DNA of 64,000 nucleotides from Candidatus Thorarchaeota archaeon (GCA_016933575.1 JAFGAR010000101.1:96001-160000); one strand, 5' to 3'. Counted from the first letter of the stretch, positions 1 to 11,016 are shown. The notes: generated by a model from the letters alone, not told the origin. Numbers and translations are program-made.

Positions 1-2028
1 ATATCCATTAATTCAGATCATTCATTAACCACTAGAGAATTCAAAATCCCAATCTTCAATGTTGACTCAAGTAGTATTGCTGTAAGTCATGACGAGAGTC
101 AGAACCGTATCATGATAATCTCGCGAAAGTATAATGCATCCTTCTCGCTTGAAGGTGGTATTTTGAGAGCGCAAGCCCTCTCAGAGGGAGATTCTTTGCC
201 TTTTATTCTTCAATCAGAAATAGGGCCCCCGTTTGGCATCAATCCCTTTAGATTTGCTGAAAGAACTCCCTCCATCTCGAAAGATGAGGGCGCGACGGTG
301 GTTTCCATGAAAGCAAAACATCCTGATAGACCTCTGTTGATTGAAGATCGTGCTATCTTTGAAAATGGAAGTGGAATAATTCAACATGAACTCTGGGTAA
401 CGAACACTGCTGATGAAACTCAGTCCATGCAATTACGGCTTTTAGGTAGAGGCGGTGGAATCTCATTCTCACGGGGTGTATCATATATTCCATTTTCCTC
501 TGGAATAGCTCGTGTAGATAACGGTAATTTCCACTCAATATACCCTGCAACATCTAGCAATCCTTCTGATTATAGTGAGGGCTGGATTGCAGTTGAACAA
601 GATGCTGTGATATCTGGGCAAGTCTGGGATTCGGAGTGTATCGAAGAAATCCGATTTGGACTTGGTCAACTCAATATGCTAGCTTATCCCTTTGTTTCCC
701 TTGAACCTGGTGAAACCCGAAGACTATCCCAGACATGGTTCATTTTTGGAGTTTCACACTGGAGTAGCATTCGTCGTTTCTGGCAAGCCGAGGTTGAGCG
801 CAGGCATGAAGATACTGTATCAGTTCTTGAAAAACCTGATGCACATAATCTAACACAAATCGATATGAAATCGTTAGTGTTATCAAAAGTCAATCCAATT
901 GAAACTCAATTAGGAATAAGGAAGAACACGCAAGCACCTCTTGGTGGTAGATTGACCATAAGATCCCCACAGGATTGGGCTGTCAAATTCACATCCAGCA
1001 ATATTGAAATTAGCGATAAATCTGAAGGTTCAATTGCATCCTGCAATTTGCTAATGGCTCAAGATGTCAATCTAGGTCTTCATTTTGACCCAACCAAGAC
1101 AATATCTGATGGTTTTTCGATTCATAAGGGTCTGGTGACATTTGCAACCGGTTGGGAAATCAGAAAACCCTTCTATTTGGTTAAATTGGGTGCATCCGAA
1201 GGCACTGTGAATGTTGCAAAAACACACGATCAGAACTCCGAGGTGTATCGAGTTACTAATGATCTAATTGAATATGCAGTTTCGCCAGATTATGGAGGAT
1301 GCTTAATATCATTAAGAAACAAAAATGATGTTGAATTCTTGACGAGTGCATTTCCCAAAGCAACTCCGAAACCTGGCGGATTTTTTGACAACTACTACGG
1401 TGGCATCCAACCAATTGTTTTCGATGACGATTTGGGGGAGGATCTAAGTAAAGCTAAGACCAATCGAGAGTCAATGACTGCATCCATTTACGAGAGTGGA
1501 CTCTGGAAAGGTGTTGAGATATTTTGGACTGGGAAAATTCAGAGAGCGACACGAGGTGTTCAGTTCAAATTAAGATACCTTACTACTCCAAAGAGCCCTC
1601 TTGTCTTAATTCAATGGATCATATCAAACACAACGAATGCTCCAATAAAATTCTGGCCAACTATCATGATAGATCCTAAGATGGATGAACATCTCTCTGA
1701 AAGTACAATTGTGATTGAATTGAATGGCAATCCAAACGAGCTCAGAAATGGCTTGATACCTGTCGCTGCTTCTCCTTCAAGAAATGTAGTATGGATAAAA
1801 TCAAGGGAGGATATAAAGGACACAACTGGTCTTTGTTTCATGCTAGCTGGTGACACCGCGAGAATAATCTCTGCAAGTGTCGGTGACATACTCCTCCTAG
1901 GTGCAGTAGATGGATTTGCTTGGATTAAACCCAATGAAGAATATGTCATCACAGGTGCTCTTCGAGTAGATCCCATATCCAACGAAGAGAACATTGATTT
2001 GCAGCAGATACTTGATCAACTCATATGA
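1..2028 (+). CDS. 5'-truncated large protein; resembles the beta-rich C-terminal part of ~1000-aa GNAT-fusion proteins
   Basis: Frame is open from base 1 (ISINSDHSLTTREF...) into the ORF at 112. It has YYGGIQP / WKGVEI / YLTTPKSP segments and no GNAT motif inside the window. Confidence 0.55.
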   Translation: MSINSDHSLTTREFKIPIFNVDSSSIAVSHDESQNRIMIISRKYNASFSLEGGILRAQALSEGDSLPFILQSEIGPPFGINPFRFAERTPSISKDEGATVVSMKAKHPDRPLLIEDRAIFENGSGIIQHELWVTNTADETQSMQLRLLGRGGGISFSRGVSYIPFSSGIARVDNGNFHSIYPATSSNPSDYSEGWIAVEQDAVISGQVWDSECIEEIRFGLGQLNMLAYPFVSLEPGETRRLSQTWFIFGVSHWSSIRRFWQAEVERRHEDTVSVLEKPDAHNLTQIDMKSLVLSKVNPIETQLGIRKNTQAPLGGRLTIRSPQDWAVKFTSSNIEISDKSEGSIASCNLLMAQDVNLGLHFDPTKTISDGFSIHKGLVTFATGWEIRKPFYLVKLGASEGTVNVAKTHDQNSEVYRVTNDLIEYAVSPDYGGCLISLRNKNDVEFLTSAFPKATPKPGGFFDNYYGGIQPIVFDDDLGEDLSKAKTNRESMTASIYESGLWKGVEIFWTGKIQRATRGVQFKLRYLTTPKSPLVLIQWIISNTTNAPIKFWPTIMIDPKMDEHLSESTIVIELNGNPNELRNGLIPVAASPSRNVVWIKSREDIKDTTGLCFMLAGDTARIISASVGDILLLGAVDGFAWIKPNEEYVITGALRVDPISNEENIDLQQILDQLI

Positions 2029-2043
2029 ATTTCCTTGATCGCT

Positions 2044-2088
2044 GTTGATGAGGAATATCAATCTCAATTGGTGAACATCCTCATCAAC
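2044..2088 (+). terminator. Hairpin downstream of the first CDS
   Basis: 11-bp perfect inverted repeat GTTGATGAGGA/TCCTCATCAAC 16 nt after the stop, with additional inner pairing. Confidence 0.5.
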
Positions 2089-2153
2089 TACTTCTAGGAA
2101 AGAATAGGTGTATGTTTAATTGCCTTCAATCTAAGATAACATAGGTCTGGTAG

Positions 2154-3806
2154 ATGAGCGTTTCGAAGGTTTCTATTTTATCAATAGTAGTGTGTTTTAT
2201 TGTGATTCTACCAACTGGAAATGCAGTTGGTGGTGGTATTTCTGGAAACATAGATGGACATCATCCTCGGCATCTGATGATTCATTCTGACTCATATATC
2301 CCTCATTCTCCTATAGAAATCACAAGTAATGATGACTTCGTGACTCAGGGCTGGCCTGGGAATGGCACTGAGGTCAATCCCTATGTAATCGAGGGACTAG
2401 ATATCACTAATGTATCAACATGTATCAGCATCAGTGATACAGATGTATACTTCGAGATTCGAGAGTGTTTCATCTCAGCTCCTGCACAATCGAGCTATTT
2501 TGGGATATCTCTAACTAGGGTTCTTCATGGGACTATAAAGGACTGCATTAGCAATTTGCATTCTAATGGGATTTATCTCCATGAATCAGACTTATGTTCT
2601 CTAACAAATAATACTGTGGCAGATAACCAATTCGGATTTTATCTGGATTCATCATCATTGTGTGTTCTAATTAATAATACAGCTAACAGTAGTAGTCATT
2701 ATGGTTTCTATCTTAGGCAGAGTTCCTTCTGTGTTTTGACGAACAATACAGCTACAGGGAATAATGAGATTGGATTCTGGATTTATCTTTCGCCCTCTTG
2801 TAATCTGACTGGTTGTTCAGCTATGGATAATGAATGGCACGGTTTCTTTGTCTCGTACTCAACTTCGTGTATTCTCATGAACAACACTGCAATGAGGAAT
2901 AGTGATTTTGGATTCTTTCTTTCTTACTCATCCTCGTGTGATTTGATTAATAATACAGCTGTGAATAATTATCAACATGGATTCATTCTGTACTACTCTG
3001 ATTCTTGTACTATTACTCAGAGCTCCATAATAGACAATGGTTGGTATGGGATCTGTCTATCAGAATCGTCTTCTTGTATGCTTACTAATAATACTCTCAA
3101 AAATTGTGGATTGGTAATTTCAGGTACCTCTCGTTCCAATTGGCTTCATGTGATATCAAATACTACTGTAAATGATTTACCAATTGGATATATTCGATCT
3201 GTCTGGGATACTAATATTGACGGTAGGCAGTACAGTCAGGTGATACTTACGAATTGCACTGGTGTAACTGTCGAAAATGGAATATTCAAGGATGTGTCAA
3301 TAGGTATTCAGCTTGGATTCTGCATAGGCTGTAGCTTGACGAATAACACGGCTAGTTACAATATAATTGGATTCAGTCTCTTATTCTCTTCTGGATGTAC
3401 CCTGATGAATAACACTTCCTCAGAAAATATGTATGGTATCTATCTAAGTAGTGGATGTTCAGGAAATCTGATCTTCTTTAATCGCTTCTTTTTAAATATA
3501 GAATTGAATGCGTATGATAATTCTGGACCGAATAACTGGGACAATGGAATTCATGGTAATTTCTGGGATGACTTTAATGGCACTGGCATGTACAGTATCG
3601 CTGGAGCAGCTGAGAGCTTCGATAGACATCCCTATATCTATGGCCAACCACTCCCAACTAATACAACCACAACTACGCTGAATGATGGATTTGAGGTATT
3701 GTTACAATCGATTGTCCTTGGATTATCACTTCTTTCAATAGTAGCGATTGTAGTTGTAGTCGTTCTGAAAATTAGGCCAAGAGTAGCAAACAATATAGCA
3801 GAATAG
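2154..3806 (+). CDS. NosD/CASH right-handed beta-helix surface protein with signal peptide and C-terminal TM
   Basis: Repeats of L.NNTA..N..GF.L..SS.C, N-terminal H.PI.I.SN.DF..QGWPG.G, NNWDNG.HGNFW, Thr-rich linker and hydrophobic C-terminus. Confidence 0.85.
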   Translation: MSVSKVSILSIVVCFIVILPTGNAVGGGISGNIDGHHPRHLMIHSDSYIPHSPIEITSNDDFVTQGWPGNGTEVNPYVIEGLDITNVSTCISISDTDVYFEIRECFISAPAQSSYFGISLTRVLHGTIKDCISNLHSNGIYLHESDLCSLTNNTVADNQFGFYLDSSSLCVLINNTANSSSHYGFYLRQSSFCVLTNNTATGNNEIGFWIYLSPSCNLTGCSAMDNEWHGFFVSYSTSCILMNNTAMRNSDFGFFLSYSSSCDLINNTAVNNYQHGFILYYSDSCTITQSSIIDNGWYGICLSESSSCMLTNNTLKNCGLVISGTSRSNWLHVISNTTVNDLPIGYIRSVWDTNIDGRQYSQVILTNCTGVTVENGIFKDVSIGIQLGFCIGCSLTNNTASYNIIGFSLLFSSGCTLMNNTSSENMYGIYLSSGCSGNLIFFNRFFLNIELNAYDNSGPNNWDNGIHGNFWDDFNGTGMYSIAGAAESFDRHPYIYGQPLPTNTTTTTLNDGFEVLLQSIVLGLSLLSIVAIVVVVVLKIRPRVANNIAE

Positions 3807-3880
3807 CGATTCTCTCTGTTCCCGAAGAAAGGGCAACTTCAAGAGGTAGTTTGTCGCTCACTCTTTAGAGTCTGGTCGAG

Positions 3881-4237
3881 ATGCTTGCAGAGCCAAAAGA
3901 TTTCATTGGCAATATTTTAGCAAAACTCATTAACCGATTTTTAGAGGATTCCAGTCAATACGAGAAAGTGAAGAAATGGAACATGACTGTTGTTGTTGAG
4001 ACCGACTACTATCCTGTTACACTAATCTTTGGCGACTCCATCTCCATCCAGAGAGGGATTATTGAAAATCCTACACTTGTGTTCGTGATGAATTTCAAGA
4101 AAATAATCTCACTAGCAAAGAAAGAGACCTCGATACTGGGTTCTCTGATTCATGGCTCAATCAAGACAAAAGGCATCCTTAAACATCCGAGAGCCGCTTT
4201 CCGTTTCTACAGATTAATGGATTCAATTCTGAAGTGA
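3881..4237 (+). CDS. SCP2 sterol/lipid-carrier-like protein
   Basis: 118 aa with the GIIENPTLVFVM...LIHGSIKTKG pattern typical of the SCP2 fold. Confidence 0.65.
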   Translation: MLAEPKDFIGNILAKLINRFLEDSSQYEKVKKWNMTVVVETDYYPVTLIFGDSISIQRGIIENPTLVFVMNFKKIISLAKKETSILGSLIHGSIKTKGILKHPRAAFRFYRLMDSILK

Positions 4238-4243
4238 TTCATA

Positions 4244-5668
4244 ATGAGCTTGAAATCTAGAATCGAGAAGATTGTCGGAAACAAGTATGTATCCGATGGA
4301 GCTGGAGAGCGTTATATCTATTCATTTGACATGACTGAAAATCCCCCTCAAAAACCCATTATGGTCGTTATGCCATCCAACGTTGAAGAAATTCAAAGCA
4401 TCATCCAACTGGCTAATGAAACACTCACTCCAATAATCCCTTTCGTGACAGGTCAGAGTGTGGGCGGTCTGACAATCCCTCAGGTCGATGGAGCAGTTAT
4501 TGTTGATCTCAAACGAATGAACAAGATCATTGAGGTTGATGAAGAATCAATGTATATGCTCATTGAACCCGGCGTTACTTTTGGACATGTCAAGCAATAT
4601 CTAGAAACACATCATCCTTCTCTTCGATATACCTATCCCCTAGCTCCTCCCTATACATCGGTGATGGCAAATGCCCTACTTCAGGGTCTCTGTGATCTAT
4701 CAACAACTCACGGTTCTATGTCGGATTTCATCAATGGTCTTGAGGCAGTACTACCCACAGGGGAACTGGTACGAGTTGGTTCAGGAATAATGGGTGATGG
4801 AAATTGGTTCGGCCGCTATCCTCTCCCGGATCTCGTCGGTCTTTTTTCTGGATGGCAGGGTATGACAGGAATTGTGACCAAGATATCTCTAAAGATTTGG
4901 CCAAAGAAAAAGGTCATGGGTCATGCAGCACTCTTCACATTCGGGGAACAAAGCACAATTGATCTTTTAAAATCCATAACAAAATCTGGAGTTGTTGAAG
5001 ATATCGATTGTATGTCGCTCTCCTTGGTCAAAATGTTGATGGGTATCCCTCCTTTAGTAAAGCCCTTCAAGGGAGAACCGGATTATGGTACTGTGATCGT
5101 ACTCTCTGCAAATAGCCAAAAGGAACTCGCTGAGAAATATGAACAGCTGAGCAATAACGTTCATCTGTCAAATGAGACTGAGCCTAGAAACTTACTGATA
5201 GATTGGAAGACGATTTCGAAACTCATGGGTGAGCAAGCCAACGAGTGGATTGACTTCCCATCTGATGCTTTCAAGGTTCTAACAGAACATGATGGACTGA
5301 CTTGGGTTGGTACCTATATCCATCCAAAATATTGGGCGACTGCTCTTGAGGGAGGTCGGAAGATAGTAGAGAAGTATGACTTCGAACTCATGGCATTCCT
5401 AAAACCAATGAATATGCTTCATTTTGCTGAGTTCAAGTTCATCATTAGATTTCCAAAGGATGTTCAGACTGTTGAAAGAGTTCGCCAGTGCAATGAGGAG
5501 TTGCTAGATTTTGCATTGAGTCTGAAAGCAATCCCTTACAAGACTCCAGTCTGGTCTGCTAGGAAATTGAAGAAGTTGGCAGATCCCTCCTTTTTCGAAT
5601 TAATCAAACGTATCAAGAAGCTATTGGATCCCAACAATATTATGAATCCTGGGAGACTTGACGTATGA
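4244..5668 (+). CDS. FAD-binding oxidoreductase (GlcD/VAO family)
   Basis: P.NVEEIQ, VDLKRMNKI, EPGVT, G.QGMTGIVT, C-terminal LDPNNIMNPG. Confidence 0.9.
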   Translation: MSLKSRIEKIVGNKYVSDGAGERYIYSFDMTENPPQKPIMVVMPSNVEEIQSIIQLANETLTPIIPFVTGQSVGGLTIPQVDGAVIVDLKRMNKIIEVDEESMYMLIEPGVTFGHVKQYLETHHPSLRYTYPLAPPYTSVMANALLQGLCDLSTTHGSMSDFINGLEAVLPTGELVRVGSGIMGDGNWFGRYPLPDLVGLFSGWQGMTGIVTKISLKIWPKKKVMGHAALFTFGEQSTIDLLKSITKSGVVEDIDCMSLSLVKMLMGIPPLVKPFKGEPDYGTVIVLSANSQKELAEKYEQLSNNVHLSNETEPRNLLIDWKTISKLMGEQANEWIDFPSDAFKVLTEHDGLTWVGTYIHPKYWATALEGGRKIVEKYDFELMAFLKPMNMLHFAEFKFIIRFPKDVQTVERVRQCNEELLDFALSLKAIPYKTPVWSARKLKKLADPSFFELIKRIKKLLDPNNIMNPGRLDV

Positions 5669-6804
5669 TGAATAACTCAACTTCTATTCAGGATTGGTTG
5701 TACAATTGTATCCGATGTGGGAACTGCAAATACATTTTCAAAGATTATAGTCCTTCATGCCCTTCTGGAGAGTATTTTCATTTTGAGTCCTTCTTCGCTT
5801 CTGGAAGACTTTGGCTAGCGCATGGCATTCAGAAGGGGGAACTCGATTGGGATTCATCACTTCTCGATCCCATCTTTGCATGCACGACTTGCTCGAGCTG
5901 TGAAATTCAATGCCTAGCACCCCATCATGAATACATTGTAGATGTCATTGAAGAACTTCGTGCACTAGCTGTTGAAGCACTAGGTCCTTTAGAGGCTCAT
6001 GAAAAATTTGCAAAGAGGATTCAGGCTAGTCACAATCCCTATGGACACGAGCATCATAACCGTGCGCTGCTGGAGATTCATAATTTGCCAGAGAAAGCAC
6101 CAATTGTATACTTTGTTGGATGCACAGCGAATTATCGTGAAGAGGTGATACGCGATGCAACAATCTCCATTTTGAAGAAAACTGGAATAGATTTTACCAT
6201 TGTCGATGAATATTGTTGCGGGTCTCCCCTGATTCGAACCGGACAAATTGAACAGGTGAATGATCTTGCTGAACACAATTACTCGGTCTTTGAACAGGCT
6301 GGAGCCAAACGAATCTTGACCTCTTGTTCTGGATGTTATAGAACTCTGTTGAAAGACTATCAAAAAATCGGTCTACGCCCAGATTTCGAAATTCTTCACA
6401 TCTCTCAATTTGTTCGTGAACTACTCGATTCAGGGAAACTATCCCTAAAGATATCAAATACGGAGCTCGAGGTAACCTATCACGACCCATGTCATCTTGG
6501 TAGGCATATGAATGAATATGATGCTCCACGTGAGGTACTAGCAAACCTACCAATCACATTCAGAGAAATGGAATTTACTAGGGAAAATGCTTGGTGTTGT
6601 GGGTCAGGTGGAGGATGCAAATCACAATATCCTGAGTGGAGTCTTGAAACAGCGAGAAAGAGAATCACACAGGCAAAATCCACAAAGGTATCAACTCTGG
6701 TTTCAGCATGCCCTTTCTGTAAGAGGGCTTTTATGGATGCTAATGATGGTAGTCTTGATATAATTGATCTGAGTGAGATTGTAGATAGATTTACAGAAAC
6801 TTGA
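5665..6804 (+). CDS. Fe-S oxidoreductase, GlpC/HdrD-like (2x4Fe-4S plus two CCG domains)
   Basis: CIRCGNC, CTTCSSC, YCCGSP, YHDPCHLGR, CCGSGGG, ACPFC; ATGA overlap with the upstream gene. Confidence 0.9.
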   Translation: MMNNSTSIQDWLYNCIRCGNCKYIFKDYSPSCPSGEYFHFESFFASGRLWLAHGIQKGELDWDSSLLDPIFACTTCSSCEIQCLAPHHEYIVDVIEELRALAVEALGPLEAHEKFAKRIQASHNPYGHEHHNRALLEIHNLPEKAPIVYFVGCTANYREEVIRDATISILKKTGIDFTIVDEYCCGSPLIRTGQIEQVNDLAEHNYSVFEQAGAKRILTSCSGCYRTLLKDYQKIGLRPDFEILHISQFVRELLDSGKLSLKISNTELEVTYHDPCHLGRHMNEYDAPREVLANLPITFREMEFTRENAWCCGSGGGCKSQYPEWSLETARKRITQAKSTKVSTLVSACPFCKRAFMDANDGSLDIIDLSEIVDRFTET

Positions 6805-6879
6805 ATACTATCTCTCCATAACTGAGATGTAAGACCTTTTATGGTACTTTATCGCAAGGGAGCTGGTGGTTGGTGTTTT

Positions 6880-8976
6880 ATGCTTGGAAAGAGGGGTTTC
6901 ATGTGCGTTATGCTGATTCTAGTTATCACATGCTTCCCAATAATTGGCATCTATTCAGATGAGCAACCTGTTATCCCTATCAATGGAGATACCCGACATA
7001 AAACTGCAGTACCTAGCTCGTATATTCCGCATGAATCAATAATTATCAGAAATAATTCAGACTTTGCAAGTCAAGGGTGGCCAGGTAGCGGCGTTCCTAA
7101 TGATCCTTACATCATTGAAAAGCTAAATGTCACGAGCGATAGGAACTGCATTGATATCCGAAACACTACTGTTTATTTTGAGATTTATGACTGCCTTCTT
7201 ACACATGCTGGTGACTCAAGAACGGAGGGAATCTTGCTAGTGAACGTCACCCATGGTAAAATAATCAACTGCTCCGCTGAATTGCACTTGTACGCATTTC
7301 ATTTTTGGAATTGCTCAGATTGTACTGCTATGAATAATACTGCTAGAGATAATTATGGAGGCTTCTATTGCTATGAATCTTCCAATTGCACAATGAATAA
7401 CAATACTGCCAATGATAATTCATATGGTTTTGATATCTTAGCATCTTCATCCCTTACAATAAGAAATAACACTCTCAATAACAACGGTCTAAAGATTGGT
7501 GGGAATTCCTTTTCATATTGGGCTCATAGCATCTCAGGCAATGAAGTTAATGGATTACCTCTTGGATATTTCCAATCAGAAAGCAATTTGGAGCTCGACT
7601 GCGCATACTATGGTCAGATACTTCTTGTGAACTGTTCGCAGGTAACTGCGAAAAATGCCACATATACCAATCGTTCAACAGCAATCCAACTTGCATATTG
7701 CAATCACTGTAGTTTAATCAACATAACCACTTCGGTAGATGATTCAGGATTTTCACTTATCTGGTGTCCTTATAGCATACTGATAAACAACACTTCGAGT
7801 GGATTCCGTTTGTCTTCCTGCAATTCATCAATTATGATAAATAACACAGCTTCGAGGGCTGGTGTAATTCTTTACTCTTCGTATAATTCCACTCTGGTGA
7901 ATAATACAGTGAATAATGGTTATGCTGGATTTGATATTGAGTCTTCATCATATTGCAATTTACATCATAATATTGCTTCTAATAATTATGAAGGATTCCA
8001 TATCTATGACTCTAATTACTGCAATCTAACGGATAATATTGCCATAGAAAGTATCTATACAGGATTCTATATCTCAAAATCTTCTTATTTTAAAATTCAC
8101 AATAACATACTTTCAAGTCGTGGTATCAATATAATGGGTGATTCTCTAGATTGTTGGTTACATGATATAGTAAACAACACGATTGATGGGAAAGATTTGG
8201 GGTATTTTAGATCTATGAGTAATTTCATGCTTGATTCATCAAACTTTGGGCAAGTCATCCTTGCTAATTGTACCTCTGTAACTATTATGAATGGTGTATT
8301 TGATAGTCCTACAATAGGTGTTCAGCTTACATATTGCACAGAATGTAATCTCATCAATAATACAGTCAATAATACTTGGGACACTAGTTGGGTTAATGGA
8401 TTTTTGTTAATATGCTGTAAATCCTGTACTCTGATGAACAATGTTGTTAGGGATAATATGATTGGATTCGGCTTTTTCAATTCATCTTCTTTGATTTTAC
8501 AAGATTGCGTAGCTGCTGGTTGCTATGAGGGTATTTTTTTGACACCGGGATCTTCATCTTGTATAATAACAAATAATGTGATTATTGACAATACAATCGG
8601 TCTCCATATCGACCGTGATTGCTCATCAAATCTGATTTATCTCAATTATTTTGCCAATAACTCCATGTTAAACGGAGTTGATGATGGTTTCTCTAACAAC
8701 TGGGATAATGGAACTCACGGGAATTTCTGGAACGACTGGAATTGTATTGGTGGCTACTCTATTCCAGGCACTGCTGGTAGTGTTGATAACCATCCCTGTC
8801 TGTATGAGTCAAGTTGTCCAACATCTTCGACTACACCTTCGATTGGAACAACAACCACAACTACTGGCGAATCGGGATTCCTACCTGTAATCGTGACCTC
8901 TAGTGTTCTTATTGGTTCTGCCGTTATTATTTGTCTTGTAGTATTTTTGTTTATAAGAACGAAAAAAAGTAATTGA
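6880..8976 (+). CDS. NosD/CASH beta-helix surface protein (paralogue of 2154-3806)
   Basis: Same QGWPG.G, NNTA repeats, NNWDNGTHGNFW, Thr-rich linker and C-terminal TM. ATG at 6880 is preferred over 6841. Confidence 0.85.
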   Translation: MLGKRGFMCVMLILVITCFPIIGIYSDEQPVIPINGDTRHKTAVPSSYIPHESIIIRNNSDFASQGWPGSGVPNDPYIIEKLNVTSDRNCIDIRNTTVYFEIYDCLLTHAGDSRTEGILLVNVTHGKIINCSAELHLYAFHFWNCSDCTAMNNTARDNYGGFYCYESSNCTMNNNTANDNSYGFDILASSSLTIRNNTLNNNGLKIGGNSFSYWAHSISGNEVNGLPLGYFQSESNLELDCAYYGQILLVNCSQVTAKNATYTNRSTAIQLAYCNHCSLINITTSVDDSGFSLIWCPYSILINNTSSGFRLSSCNSSIMINNTASRAGVILYSSYNSTLVNNTVNNGYAGFDIESSSYCNLHHNIASNNYEGFHIYDSNYCNLTDNIAIESIYTGFYISKSSYFKIHNNILSSRGINIMGDSLDCWLHDIVNNTIDGKDLGYFRSMSNFMLDSSNFGQVILANCTSVTIMNGVFDSPTIGVQLTYCTECNLINNTVNNTWDTSWVNGFLLICCKSCTLMNNVVRDNMIGFGFFNSSSLILQDCVAAGCYEGIFLTPGSSSCIITNNVIIDNTIGLHIDRDCSSNLIYLNYFANNSMLNGVDDGFSNNWDNGTHGNFWNDWNCIGGYSIPGTAGSVDNHPCLYESSCPTSSTTPSIGTTTTTTGESGFLPVIVTSSVLIGSAVIICLVVFLFIRTKKSN

Positions 8977-8977
8977 G

Positions 8978-9448
8978 TTATTTACGCAATGCAAACTGAA
9001 TTAGACGAATAAACGCGTTAGCAAGTGAAACTTCGGTCAATTTGGATACTGTAAGAAGTCTTAGTTTCTTTTCGACAAGTTCTGGTATCTCTAGTAGATG
9101 TGCGTCGACATAGGCTGTCGCTCCAAACGAGAAGTTATAATACTCTAAAGGGCTGATTACACCTGCTAATAAAATATTGAAAGCCAGTACCATTTCTGTG
9201 AACAAATCTGCAGCTGCTTCCAAGAGGAGCTGTTTGTAGGGAATTGATGTAGCGTTACGCTTTAGGTTCGCATTATTTGCAATCTTCGATGCGTACATCT
9301 TTTCTAATTTCGAAACCTTCTCTTGAGTAAACACTCCATCCTTGACAATGATATCATACAGGACTGATTCTCCTAATAATGGAACAAGATGAGAAGTAGT
9401 TCGATCAATGAATTCATCATCTTTTTTTTTCAAGATTTCAGTCCTCAA
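8978..9448 (-). CDS. Hypothetical helical protein
   Basis: 156-aa ORF filling the gap; TTG start about 25 nt downstream of a CTTAAA box. Confidence 0.6.
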   Translation of the reverse strand: MRTEILKKKDDEFIDRTTSHLVPLLGESVLYDIIVKDGVFTQEKVSKLEKMYASKIANNANLKRNATSIPYKQLLLEAAADLFTEMVLAFNILLAGVISPLEYYNFSFGATAYVDAHLLEIPELVEKKLRLLTVSKLTEVSLANAFIRLIQFALRK

Positions 9449-9489
9449 TTCTGCGTAATTATTACAGGTTCTTTAAGATAATATCTTGC

Positions 9490-9522
9490 TTGAATAGTAG
9501 GTCATTATGTGCTACTATTCAA
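9490..9522. promoter_or_regulatory. Inverted repeat between divergent genes
   Basis: TTGAATAGTAG-N11-CTACTATTCAA, perfect 11-bp arms. Confidence 0.45.
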
Positions 9523-9576
9523 AAAAAAATGGCATTGACGAACATCTTTTAGTATAGAATATACTACTCAAGAATT

Positions 9577-10770
9577 ATGGTCAGCTCAGTCAGACGTTGT
9601 ACATCTGAAGATAAAGACGCAATTTGGAATATTGTTTCTTATGCCTATGGTGTACCTGAAGCATCGCATGAGAGATTCCTTGAGAGATTAGATCTCATTG
9701 GAAAGGAATTCTTTCTGAATGAAGTCGATGGTGTACCAGAATCCGTTGCCAGAGTCTTAGAGTTCGAACAAAATATTCGAGATCTAATGAAGCCTATGGG
9801 AGGCATAGGTATGGTCGCCAGTTCTCCCGAACATCGAAGGTCTGGCTACACACGAGATCTCATGTTAAGTATCTTCAAGAACCTCCGAAAAGATGGCTTT
9901 GTGACGAGTACTCTCTATCCATTCAAGGATACATTCTATGGAGATCTAGGGTTTGTCAAAATGCCTCCCTCAAGAACTCTCGAATTTAATCCAACAGCGC
10001 TTTCTGGAATAAGCATGCCTATTGGGTATGTCGCAAAACGTGAAGAAGGAGAAGAAATGCTGCAAATTCGAAAGGAGCTACACAAGGTAATGGTTCTGGA
10101 AACTCATGGCGCAGTAATGAGAAGTGAAGACCGCTGGACAGAGATGGCAAAGAACTTTTCTTTGAAAGCTGTTGTAGCACGAAATCAGAAAGGCAAGCCT
10201 GAAGCAATCATGATCTATTCAATAAAGGGATATGGTGAAGGGCACGTATGGGCTGAACCCGGGCAAATTAATGTAGTAGAATTCACTTGGACCTCATTAG
10301 AGGGTAGAGATGCAATTCTGAATTATCTCTACAAGCACGCAGATCAGATTGTCAAAGTGACACTGGTGATTTCAACGCGAACTCAGGACTTCTATCATTG
10401 GCTATCAAATATCCACACACCAACTCTAAAATCCAATATTGTGAGTATGGCAAGGATTCTTGATGTTTCAAAAAGCATGTCAGAATTTCCAGTCGCTCAT
10501 GCTGGTAAAGTAGTGATTAATGTAGTTGATCCGCAGATTGAAGAGAACAATCGAACCTTTGAGTTCCAGACAAAGAATGGCCAATTATCAGTTGTTGAAT
10601 CTAACGGTACTGCAAAGACAACTGTTACAATTGAAGGTCTTACATCAATACTATACGGTACATTAAATGAATTGCAGTTGAGAAGATTAAGTTGGCTTGA
10701 AGGTGAATCACCTGCAGATTTGTTCGAGTGGTTCCCACCTGCAACACCCTGGCTGACTGAAGACTTCTAG
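9577..10770 (+). CDS. Eis-like GNAT acetyltransferase with C-terminal SCP2-like domain
   Basis: GGIGMVASSPEHRRSGY, STLYPF..FY..LGF, MARILDV, terminal DF. Confidence 0.9.
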   Translation: MVSSVRRCTSEDKDAIWNIVSYAYGVPEASHERFLERLDLIGKEFFLNEVDGVPESVARVLEFEQNIRDLMKPMGGIGMVASSPEHRRSGYTRDLMLSIFKNLRKDGFVTSTLYPFKDTFYGDLGFVKMPPSRTLEFNPTALSGISMPIGYVAKREEGEEMLQIRKELHKVMVLETHGAVMRSEDRWTEMAKNFSLKAVVARNQKGKPEAIMIYSIKGYGEGHVWAEPGQINVVEFTWTSLEGRDAILNYLYKHADQIVKVTLVISTRTQDFYHWLSNIHTPTLKSNIVSMARILDVSKSMSEFPVAHAGKVVINVVDPQIEENNRTFEFQTKNGQLSVVESNGTAKTTVTIEGLTSILYGTLNELQLRRLSWLEGESPADLFEWFPPATPWLTEDF

Positions 10771-10794
10771 AGTTGCAACACAGAAAATCACAGT

Positions 10795-11016
10795 CTATTT
10801 GATAGTAATCGCATCCAATGGGCACACATCAACACATTGATTGCATCTGGTGCATAGGTCTGTAAAAGCCACGTCCACTCTCCATTCTGTTGGATTATTA
10901 CTAATGTAATCTGGTGGATATAAAATGAAAATAGCTGGCGGACAAATCTGCAGACATTTCTTGCACGATTTCGGGTCCCTGCATTTATCGTAATCAATGA
11001 AAATCTTCGTCCTCAT
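10795..11016 (-). CDS. Ferredoxin (two Fe-S cluster motifs)
   Basis: C.....CKKCLQICP and CTRCNQCVDVCP. Confidence 0.85.
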   Translation of the reverse strand: MRTKIFIDYDKCRDPKSCKKCLQICPPAIFILYPPDYISNNPTEWRVDVAFTDLCTRCNQCVDVCPLDAITIK

